Origin: Octopus sinensis
Taxonomy: Eukaryota
NCBI RefSeq assembly: GCF_006345805.1
Contig: NC_043008.1
Coordinates: forward strand, 73,718,001-73,782,000
DNA length: 64,000 nt
Reading direction: 5' to 3'
Shown here: positions 40,488 through 50,873 of the stretch, in pieces
Layout of the letters: each line of letters starts with the position of its first letter
Position numbering within the stretch: position 1 is the first letter of the stretch
Translations under genes and position numbers: made by a program
The notes under the pieces: model-generated
Database searches by the model: none
What the model was told of the DNA's origin: nothing
The model's input: only the letters and a program-made list of their open reading frames with translations

Positions 40488-41515
40488 TACGAGGTGATAT
40501 CAAATAGTCCCCGTACAAGTTCTGTAGCACGCCAGCGGTTTGCAGCATACGCTTGTGTGCGCAGTGAGAGCTAGCAGTGACCTTCATTAGGTAGTGTGCC
40601 GAGTGACATTGCTGTGTTTACGTCGCAAGTTGTGAAATATGTATTTTTGTGATCACGTGTATACTGTAGTCTGCGATTTTGTCATGGACAGGAAGTTTGA
40701 ACAAAGTGCCAACGTGAAATGTTGCGTTAAACTCGAGAAGTTTACTACAGAGGCATTGAGCCTTTTTCGGCAAGCTTTGAGTGGCACGGGCACTTCAAAA
40801 GCGGAAGAACATATCTGGAAGACCTGCCACGAGTGTCAGCACAGGAAATGTGGAGAAAACCTATCAGCTTGTGCATAAGTATTGTCGGAGGACAATCAAC
40901 GTAATTACTGATATGATGCTATTGGTCTGTCGCGTGGGTCCGTATAAGCAATCCTAACGTCTGAATTGAACATGTGCGTGTCTCTGCCGAGTTTGTTCCC
41001 CGTCCTTCGACCCCTGAGTAGAAAGAACAATGCATCATACTGCTGATGACCCATCCTTCATGTCGAGGATCATCAGCGGTGACGAGAGTTGGATCTACGG
41101 GTATGACCCTGAGACGTGGAAGCATTCCTGACAATGGAAGTGCCCTTCATCTCCACAACGGGAGAAGGCACGTCAGAGCCGAAGCTCAAGAAGGAGCATG
41201 CTCATCGCTTTTTCCCCGACATCTGCAGTATTGTGCATCGAGAATTCGCCCCGCAGGGACAGACTATCATTCAAGAGTTCTACTGAGACGGTTTCAAGTG
41301 TTTGAGGGACGGCATTCGGAGAAAGCGACCGGGACTGTGGAGCACGAAGAACTGGATTCTTTATGACGACAATGTACTCTGTCGCAGAGCTCTCCTCACT
41401 CGTGAGTTTCTCCCCTAAAACAACATGGTATTGCCTCTGCACCCGCCCTCTTCGCCAGATTTATCACCTGTGGTCTTCCATCTCAGAACTTGAAGCCGGA
41501 CGGCGTGCTTCAAAG
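40488..41515 (+). mobile_element. Decayed mariner transposon, 3'-truncated
   Basis: 5' TIR-like tacgaggtgatatcaaatagt, then MDRKFEQSANVKCCVKL, AEFVPR, IISGDESWIYGYDPET, LYDDN and HPPSSPDLSP. It is cut by a SINE head at ~41518. Confidence 0.9.
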
Positions 41516-41517
41516 CG

Positions 41518-41585
41518 TTTCGCCCGACGTGCCGCTAAGCATTTCACCCGGCGTGCTAACGATTGTGGCAGATTGCAGCCTGTTA
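41518..41585 (-). mobile_element. SINE family A 5' head
   Basis: gccgctaagcatttcacccggcgtgctaacgatt is the reverse complement of the family A head (compare 11290-11330). Confidence 0.7.
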
Positions 41586-42888
41586 TACGGGTGTATTACG
41601 CTCTACTAAAAATCTTACTTCTATTCAGGTCTATACTACACTAGTAGTATATTGTAAACATTGAAAATATATACTTTGTATTTATAATATTTGGATTTAT
41701 TATATATTCTATTAATATACATATATATTATAGTGGTTTGCCATAATGGATTACATGACATACAGCTTGATTATTTATACCCTCCAATAATATATTTTAT
41801 AGTGTAGTCATATATTATATACCCTGCTAGCAGATCATATATTGCAATAGCATAAATTATTGAGTATAACAAAATACATACTCAACTGTTATATACATTA
41901 TATTATACACTATACACACACACACACACATACACACACAGACACATGAACTACAGGTGTGCATGATATACCTTAGTAATGTCTATCCCATTCGTATGTA
42001 TTTGCTATATACTCGACAGTTTTTTCTACACTCTGCTCGCATGTAATATAATCTACTGGTCTGTATATTCTCTGCTGGCATACAGTATACACTACTGATA
42101 TATTTTATAGTTACTGGTATATAACCTGCAGTACTAATATAGATTATACTCGTTAGGTATATAATATACTCTAATATTTTATTGTGTACTCCACAATTAT
42201 TACTCAAAGACAGATAATTGATAAAAAAAATGGTGAGATAACAATATTCGTGAAACTGATATAGAATACTTAAAACTGAATTACTGAATTAATTCGTAGA
42301 AAATATAAAGAAACATTTCACAATTCAATCAGTATTGGTATTGATCCTCATCATTGTATTTTAATATTGATATTGTTAAACAGTTACTATTTTGTTATCG
42401 TAAAATAACACCTGTCAAACGAAGTTTACAGAATTCCCTATTTTTACAAAACTTCAGTATTAAGATAAAGTTGTTATAACCACAGTCATTTTAGGGGAAT
42501 TAGGTTTCTGTACAAAGAAACTATTACGTAATTTCGGACTTTTTCCAGATTTGTCGTTCACAGAAAGTCGATAAATGAAGGCCATATTTCACTATCCATC
42601 ATAATCAACCGTAATATTTTAATAACTGTTTTTTTTTCATTCCATTACACTTCTTAAGACTCCATAGTATCACTTTGAACTTAAAGTGAAACAACTGAAA
42701 TGTATTTCGATCCATGACAACAGCGATACGGGAAGATATCTGATAGACGTGAAGACATAATATATCGTAGCTAGAAATAGAACCGAAAGGATAAACTGGC
42801 TAGCTGAACCGTCAATACAGAGATAATACGACGACGATGTATTAGATTGAACAGATTGAGGCCAGATTGGGATCAATAGTTTTCTCAG

Positions 42889-42933
42889 AAGCACAAGATT
42901 AATGTCTAAGCGCGGCAAGAGAGTATCAATAAG
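42889..42933 (+). other. Candidate 45-nt exon (STRLMSKRGKRVSI), unverified
   Basis: Acceptor ttttctcAG and donor AAG|GTAAGA. Length is divisible by 3 and one frame is open. No homology recognised. Confidence 0.2.
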
Positions 42934-43439
42934 GTAAGAAAAAAATCACTCATATGTAAACTTATATTGATTGACTGACGAGCATGAATCCACAATATTT
43001 CAATGATTCAAATTGTAAAACGAATAACGTTATCGGAAGATAAAGATATAGAGATACATACATAGAGGATAAATGAAATAAACTACAAGTATAAGCAGTA
43101 ATCTGCGTTGAATAATATAACTTGATGCAGAAAACTAGGAACAATTGATAGAGAATAGAACAGAGTTATGTGTTTGAAAAGAGAAGAATTATGAGGTGGG
43201 AAGAGGTTATAAAGGAATATTTCCAAGTAGAATTTGGTTCATTTATACTTGTGACCTGAAAGATAATCGAACCAATGTGGAAACTATCGGAAATAAGAAT
43301 GAGCTATGATTTTCAGCACAAACGCCATCGCTAGATTACAACATCATTTATCAAATGTTGGTAACATGGTAGAGATCACAAATATGTGGACTGGTTAGGA
43401 AGATACAGAAAGTGCTAGTATGGCAAAAGGACTAAAGAT

Positions 43440-43464
43440 AATTATAACAACAACATTAATATTG

Positions 43465-43504
<40 letters not shown>

Positions 43505-43685
43505 CAACAACAACAACAACAATAATAATAATAATAATAATAATTCTTTCGAATTTTGGTGTAAGGGCAGAAATATTAAATGGGCGATTTAGTCTATTTT
43601 AACGACAACAATATTCAACTGATATTTATTTTATTGACCTCGAAGGGAAGAAGTCGACATATGTGGAATTTGAAGCTGTGAACAG
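43440..43685 (-). mobile_element. SINE family A 3' part with a long (TTA/TTG)n tail
   Basis: (TAA)n(CAA)n at 43440-43545 is followed by ttttggtgtaagg...tttattttattgacctcgaaggg...gtcgac...ggaatttgaa, the reverse complement of family A. Confidence 0.6.
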
Positions 43686-45219
43686 TTGACACTTTCCAGT
43701 AAATTTAAAAACCTTAATATCTACAACATTCTCCGCAAAAACTTTTTCTTCCTTTTCTTTCCGTTCCTTTTTACCTGAATATTCCAAAATGTAAACATTC
43801 TCTTTATTGCAAAAAACACCACAGTTTTCATTGAACGGACATACAAACAAACACCTCAAAAAGTTTAGAAATTTTATGTCTCCAATTTTGTGTGAACATT
43901 TTATCTTTCCTTCTTCCCTGACTAATAGAATATGTAAACATGAATTTTATTGTAACAACACAATTAAATGCACGATAAAAAATTAAGGAAGTAGGCACCT
44001 AATAATATATACATACTGCACAACTACAAAAACTAAAGCACAGTAACACTATTAAAAAGAAAAGAAAAACTCCAAAAGAAAAAGAAAAAGAAATTCAGAA
44101 ATTGAAACTCCAACAAGGTGAACATCTCTTCCTTCTACTATTCCCAAAGACTGGAATATCTACTAGTTCCTGTGAATATTTTAAATCTTCCTCAAAACAA
44201 AACAAGTGAGGAAATTTACATACCTACAGCTTTCGAACCCACAAGCTCAGCATTAAAAATAAGATTATGTCTACAACTACTGTGAATACCTATCCTTTCC
44301 TTTCTCCCTGAGTATTCGAAAATTTAAACATCATCCACCTTTTTATTCTAAGAATACTACCATTTCTCTCTGTGCATTCATGCAAAAGACCATATATAAT
44401 AAATCTTAAAACTTTACTATTTACGACTTGTTTCCTTTTCTTTTTGACTCTCCCTGAGTATTCAAAAATGTAAACATCCTTTCCATTGCAAATGTCCTAC
44501 TGTATTCTCCAACTGGATAGAAAAACGAACATCTCAAGAATAATTAAAAACTTTAATATATTACCCAAATACGTATACCCACTTTTTACTGCAACAACAC
44601 ATTTGAATTCAGAAATTCAAAGATTCAACGACGTGAATATCAGCATATATATATATATATATTATTGTTGTTTTTTCTACCAGTAATTACAAATAGAACA
44701 GGTTAAATTGCTTTTTTTCAAGGCCAAAGGAGCGCCCTCAGTGGTCAGTGGTAGTAGTAAACACATTTGATCTTTGCTGACCTAAACGGTGCGAAGTTTC
44801 TTTTGTCTCTATTGCTGACCTCCCCACCATCTGCGGAATCTATTTATAGACCTGTAGTATATGATCTATTCGCCAAGCTGCTACCCAACTATTTCCTTCA
44901 GCAACCACATATTTATGATTATCTCAAGTACGAGACAAAAGTTGAAGATAAAGAACATTTAGTAAAATCTTTTAATAATAATGATAACAGTGGTAGTGGT
45001 AGTGATGCGAATAATGATAAAAATAAAAGTAATAATAATATGCTGCAGCAGCTAATACTACAACTACTAGTATTATGATAGCTCAGGAATCTAAGGCCCA
45101 ACTACCACATTTACAAACTACCATGACCCCTGCTACTGTTGCTGTTACTGCCAACACTGCTGCCACTACACATAAAAAACAATAATATCACTGATATCAG
45201 TGATGATAATAATAATGAT

Positions 45220-48125
45220 GAAAGGAAACGGGTGGAGCCTCCCACGGACTGATTAATGATGCGTCTAATGATGGTGTCACAATAAAAACACTGGTAATTG
45301 CGCAACTTAATAATGATACCTCATATGAGTGACAATGAAAAAACAAAATATTGTGAATAACGGTGGTAATAAAACTGAAGCCAATGATGGTGACAGTGTT
45401 GCACCCGGCAGGTTGATAGATTCTGGTCCGGCTCCAGCCTGTCGATATCCAGAAAGGGACCACCACACATGGCATAGATGGAGCAAGCAAATTAATGCTG
45501 TGTTCATGGAGTATTACTACTTGAGCAGCCTGGTAGATGAAAATGGTGCCCAAATTACGGGTTACCGAAAACGCATATATGATCATTGGAGAGAAAACGG
45601 ATTTTTTCAATTCACGGAACAGAGACTATGAGAAAAAGCTAGAGCAATAGGAAAAATCGTTGGTTGGCAGAAGTAGAGCTAGAACCTATCAAAAGATGGA
45701 TCTTGGAAAGTTGCAGCAGAGTTAACGATGAAAATACAGGTCTTACTAATAATAGTAATCTCATAGCACAGGAAAGGAACAGGGGTAGTTTACTTGATGA
45801 GAGACATATAGATGACCAAAAAGAAAATAATAAAACTAATGGCGACATGACAGATGAACAAAAGACAAAACTACAGGGGAACGATAGCCACATTATTTGC
45901 AATATTAAAAATGTTGATCGATGGACATTGAACCAAGAAACGAAAAATGTCATTGAAATTCTGAAATACATCTGAAAAAACTACGTCACAGAAACAAACA
46001 ATTTGATCAAGGGAGAAAGTATTTTGTAGCAGAAAACGTGGGTGTTGACATGAAGAAAAAGAAACATAATGGTAGTGACAAAGGAAAAGATCCATGGTGG
46101 AAAACAAGAACAAAGGCAGAGTTAGACATGCTCTGGAAGGAAATCTCTGTGTTAAACTGAAAAGAGAAAAGGAAGCATAAAAGCGAACAAAAATACAGGG
46201 GCGCGGAAAATAAAGTGTAATATTGAAAGAGAGGGCCTGAGTGTGGTAATGGAGGAAGTGAAACAGCGCCTCGTTGCAAAGCAATCAAACATGGTAAGAT
46301 ACGACCAAAGAATGAAGGGTTATCACCAGAATAGGTTATTCAGAGTAGATCAGAAGGGATTCTATCAAGATGTGTAAGTGTAGAGTTACCTGGGATCAAC
46401 TCATGATAGACAAAACTGTACTTAGAGACTACAAGAGGAGGGAAAGTAAATTAGCCATGTCATGGATCGACTACCGTAAGGCGTACGATATGATCCCACA
46501 TTCTTGGATAATGGAATGTATGAACCTATTTGGTATTGCATCGAATATTGAGCGATTGCTTTGAAAAAGTACGGTAAATTGGAGGACGGACCTGACAGCA
46601 TACGGAAGAATTTTAGGGACAGTAGAAATTAGGAGAGGCATCTTCCTAGGGACTGCCTGCCCCTACTGATCTTTGTACTGTGCTTGGTAACACTAGCACT
46701 GATTCTGAGGAAAGAAAATGCTGGGTATGTACTCAAAAGTCGCCAACAAAACGACAACCAATTTGTTATTCATGGATGACCTCAAACTTTATGATGAAGC
46801 ACAAGTCAGTGCTGATATCAGAATGGTGTTCGAACTGAGAAAGTGTGGTGTGTTAGTCTTGAAGAGAGGTAAACTCAAATGTATGGACGGGCTAACGATA
46901 TCGTCGGGGGAGATTATGAAACAGATAAAAGAGATGGAGATTTTGGAAATGGATAAATTGTAGGAGAAAGAAAGGACAAACAAATTTAAGGCGGAGCAAT
47001 TGCACAGACTGAGACTGATCCTTAAGTCGAAATTAAACGGACGGAATAGGATTGAAGCTATCAACACCTGTGCGGTTTCACTCCTTAGATATGGAGCAGG
47101 AGTAATCGCATGGACAGTAGACGAGATAAATAGTTTAGACAGAAAGACCAGGAAGTTGATAACTATATATGGGACACACCACTCCAAAATTGACACAGAC
47201 AGACTATATGTACCAAGAAAATGAGGGGGAAGAGAACTTACTCGATGCGAACACAACATCAGAACGGAAGAAATTAACATAGCATGGTATGTAGAAATGC
47301 CACGGTCATATAGGTGGGTAATGAAAAGAATTTCTTTATTTTGAAGATACAACAGACAGAAAAAAAGATGGCCGTGGATGACTAAAAATGATTTAAAAGC
47401 AGAAACAGAGGCTCTAATTTGTGCTCCCCAAGAGAAAGCACTAAGAACAATCTGCATTAAATACAGAGCAGACAACACACCAGAAAGTGATAAGTGCAGA
47501 ATATCTGGAAAAAATGGTGAAACAGTATGGCATATTACCAGCCAATGTACGCAACTAACCCAGAAGTAATATAGGAGACGCTACTACAATATAGCTAGGC
47601 TTGTACATTGAACGCTTTGCAACAAGAAAAAAATTGGTACGACCTCAAACCTGAAGGCATCATCGAAAATAAAAATGCAAAGATTTTATGGGATTTTATG
47701 ATTCAGTGCAACCATGAGATAGAATATAAGACGCCAGACATAGTCTTAATTGAGAGAGAACGTAAACTACGCTGGATCATAAATATAGCATGCCTAGCTA
47801 ACAACGACATATGCGATAAGGGAGAAAGAAAAGTCGATCGGCATGACAGAGCTTGGGAGGTAAATCAGTTGTGTTCGATGAAAACTGTGGTAGTGGTACC
47901 AATAATTATCGGAGCCCTGAGAATAGTAAGTAAAATTTCGAGAAGTACATGGAATAAGTGGGTGCTGCAATAAGGGTAGAACACTTGCAGAAAACAGCAC
48001 TGCTTCGAACCGCTCGAATACCCCGGAAGGTGCTCGAAAACTAAAAAGGTTTTTACCTAAGTTCACTGGTAATGCGCAGCTGACACTGTGGTATATCTCC
48101 AGCGTTAGATGTGCAAAGGCAACTA
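45220..48125 (+). mobile_element. R4/Dong-clade LINE, 5' end present, internally deleted, decayed
   Basis: RWSKQIN..MEYYYLS...GYRKRI...TEQRL (ORF 45329), QNRLFRVDQKGFY joined to DQLMIDK...WIDYRKAYDMIPHSW, FMDD at 46769-46780, LRYGAGVIAWT, a CCHC-like knuckle, and ILWDFMIQ...PDIVLIE...VPIIIGAL. It starts after a short (TAA)n. Confidence 0.92.
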
Positions 48126-48139
48126 TAACAACAACAACG

Positions 48140-48206
<67 letters not shown>

Positions 48207-48241
48207 TGATGATGATGATGATGATAATAATAATAATAATA

Positions 48242-48290
<49 letters not shown>

Positions 48291-48303
48291 GATAATGATA
48301 ATA

Positions 48304-48385
<82 letters not shown>
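48126..48385. repeat. (TAA)n tract with a (TGA)n interruption, ~260 bp
   Basis: Directly visible. Confidence 0.97.
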
Positions 48386-48386
<1 letters not shown>

Positions 48387-49051
48387 ATGGTCGCTAGAAA
48401 TGATAAACAGCTGAAAACGTTACTACAGACAGCACATGGATTTACCAAAGAAATAAACATGAAATATAGCTTAGAAAAATGTGACAAAGCAACCTTGAAA
48501 GGAGGAAACGTAGTTAAGAGTAGGAACATCACACTAGATAAAGCGAATGAAATAAGAGAATTAGACCAAACCAGATATACAAATAGTTAGAAATCAATGA
48601 ACGGATGGGACACACTTGGAACCTATATGCACTTGAAGCTATGCCAACGCTATGGAATAACAACAGAAAAAATCACAGAAAAGGTCACAGTAAATGAGAA
48701 CGCAACTATACTCGAGGATATGCCAATACACGGAGATAGAGAAATTAAGGCTAGTAAACCGGATATAATTGTCAAAGATCACCAAGATAAGATAATGCTT
48801 TCTAACTAATGTATGAATACCAACACATGACAATGTTTCTCTCAAAGAAATGGAGAAACTTTCAAAATACAAAGATCTGGAACTAGAGGTAAAACAAATG
48901 AGGAGTTTAAAAGTAGAAACAATTCCTATTATGATAGACGCGTTAGATATGATAAAAAAAAAATATTCAGACGAATACATAAAAACGCCAGGACTAACAG
49001 GTATATGTAACATACAGATAATATCACAACTAGGCACCGCACACATCCTAC

Positions 49052-49052
<1 letters not shown>
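48386..49052 (+). mobile_element. 5'-truncated, internally deleted R4/Dong-type LINE flanked by (TAA)n on both sides
   Basis: INMKYSLEKC, HLKLCQRYGI, KPDIIVKDH, EKLSKYKDLELEV...ETIPIMI, LGTAHIL, then (TAA)n at 49053-49125. Confidence 0.85.
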
Positions 49053-49125
<73 letters not shown>

Positions 49126-49314
49126 TAATCTCAAGTTTTAAAACGAGCATGATTTTTTATGGTTTCTTAAACATTCTCTCGAACAAGACTATGTACAGAA
49201 CCAAATATATGGCACCCTAGGCATAACACCAACATGAACTTCCAACTTTTTATCTCTTGAGATCTCTGGGTGAGACTTGGAGCCAACTTGTACAAATGTA
49301 AAGCGAAAGTCAAA

Positions 49315-49319
49315 CATAA

Positions 49320-49357
<38 letters not shown>

Positions 49358-49590
49358 CAACAACAGCAACAACAACAACAAAAACAAAATATTTATAATA
49401 ATAATGGCTTCAGATTTTGGCACAAGTCCAGTAGTTTCAAGAGAGGGGTAAATCGATATCATCGATCTCAGTACTTGACTGGTACTTATGTCATTGATCT
49501 CGAAATGATGAAAAGCAAAGTCGACCATAACGGAATCTCAACGCAAGACATCAAGACCGACGAAATGCCGCAAAGCACTTGATCAGCTTT
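49315..49590 (-). mobile_element. SINE family A with a (TTA/TTG)n tail
   Basis: (TAA/CAA)n at 49315-49385, then attttggcacaag...atcgat...cagtacttgactggtactta...aagcaaagtcgacc...gaaatgccgcaaagca. Confidence 0.75.
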
Positions 49591-50790
49591 GGTCGCTACG
49601 AGGATATAGTTTTTTTTCTTTTTTATCTTTCCGTTCTAGTTGTCAGCTTGCACACAAAAACATACGACAAAAATTCGGGTTAGAAAGACAAAATACATTC
49701 CTGTATAATTGCTAATAGTATGAAAACAATTATCTATCTATATAATATTCATACATACGCACAGAAGTACATTTGTAGTTTTGTGCCCACAATTCTTTTA
49801 ACCCAAACTGTCAGCTACTTATAAGTAAAGTTTGAAAATATGAATGCATTAATACTGTGCAGATTATATTCGTAGAAACTCTAAATGCCGTAGCTAACAA
49901 AGGATCGAGAGAAATGCAAAAAACGAAAAGAACAGGATATTCAAAAATTGGAAAGACATGTTGGTCATGTAGAGACATATATTTAAATTTAAGGCACACA
50001 CATATATGCACAGGCATACCAAAATAATACATGCTAAGAAATATATAGTCTATTATACAAGTTATTAGCTATTAAGGCTACAGCTATACATTGCAATAAA
50101 ATATATAACTTCATTGTAATCTTTAACAACACTCAATTTTCCCTAAAACGTCTACCTTACGCAGCCAAGTCTACCACCGCATTTACGTTCTCTAATATTC
50201 TCCCATTCAGCGGCCAAAGCCCTTGTAATAGCATCTCACTTTGTGGTCTGAACAGGCTCCGGAGATAAAGCATCCATATCCATCTAACTGCAATCTACCA
50301 TGTCTAGAAATTGTGAACATTCTTAACACTCAAATGTAAAAATCAGGTGATAGTTTTTTTGCAGCTTTACCAGCACAGAATAAATTGCGTATGGCGTAAT
50401 GATTTGGATATTCAAGCTCTTATCATAATGTATATGCTCAATGTATTGACCAGACTGTGTGTTGTACAATTTATTTGGCAGCATTCTTACCTACATAGCT
50501 GAAAATTAATATAACAGCAGGTGCTGGTGCAAATTTCTGTCTCCCAGGGTCACATCTTGGATATGCTGTTGGGATAAAAGTAAAGGATTTTGTCTGTCCG
50601 CAAATGTAAAACGATAAGAAAATCGCTTGGTCTATGTTAATAAGTAAGAATACTTTCAAGTAAGGACAGGATGTTCTGTAAACCTGCAATACATCTATGA
50701 GCCATACTGATAATATGAATAATAAATACTTTATACACATACACACACACGAACTAGGAACGCACGCACACACACACACATACACACACA

Positions 50791-50832
<42 letters not shown>

Positions 50833-50873
50833 TATATACATACATATATAATACATACATATATATGCATGTG

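Noticed and set aside
44767-45078. 103-aa ORF
   Set aside because: Non-ATG start, half of it is decayed trinucleotide repeat, and no homology is recognised.
46789-47478. 229-aa minus-strand ORF, the longest in the track
   Set aside because: It is the antisense frame of the LINE RT region.
50150-50300. Cys-rich GYGCFISGACSDHKVRCYYKGFGR* on the minus strand, phase-compatible with the 50491 exon candidate
   Set aside because: Weak acceptor, and another frame resembles a Tc1 remnant (ALAAEWENI).
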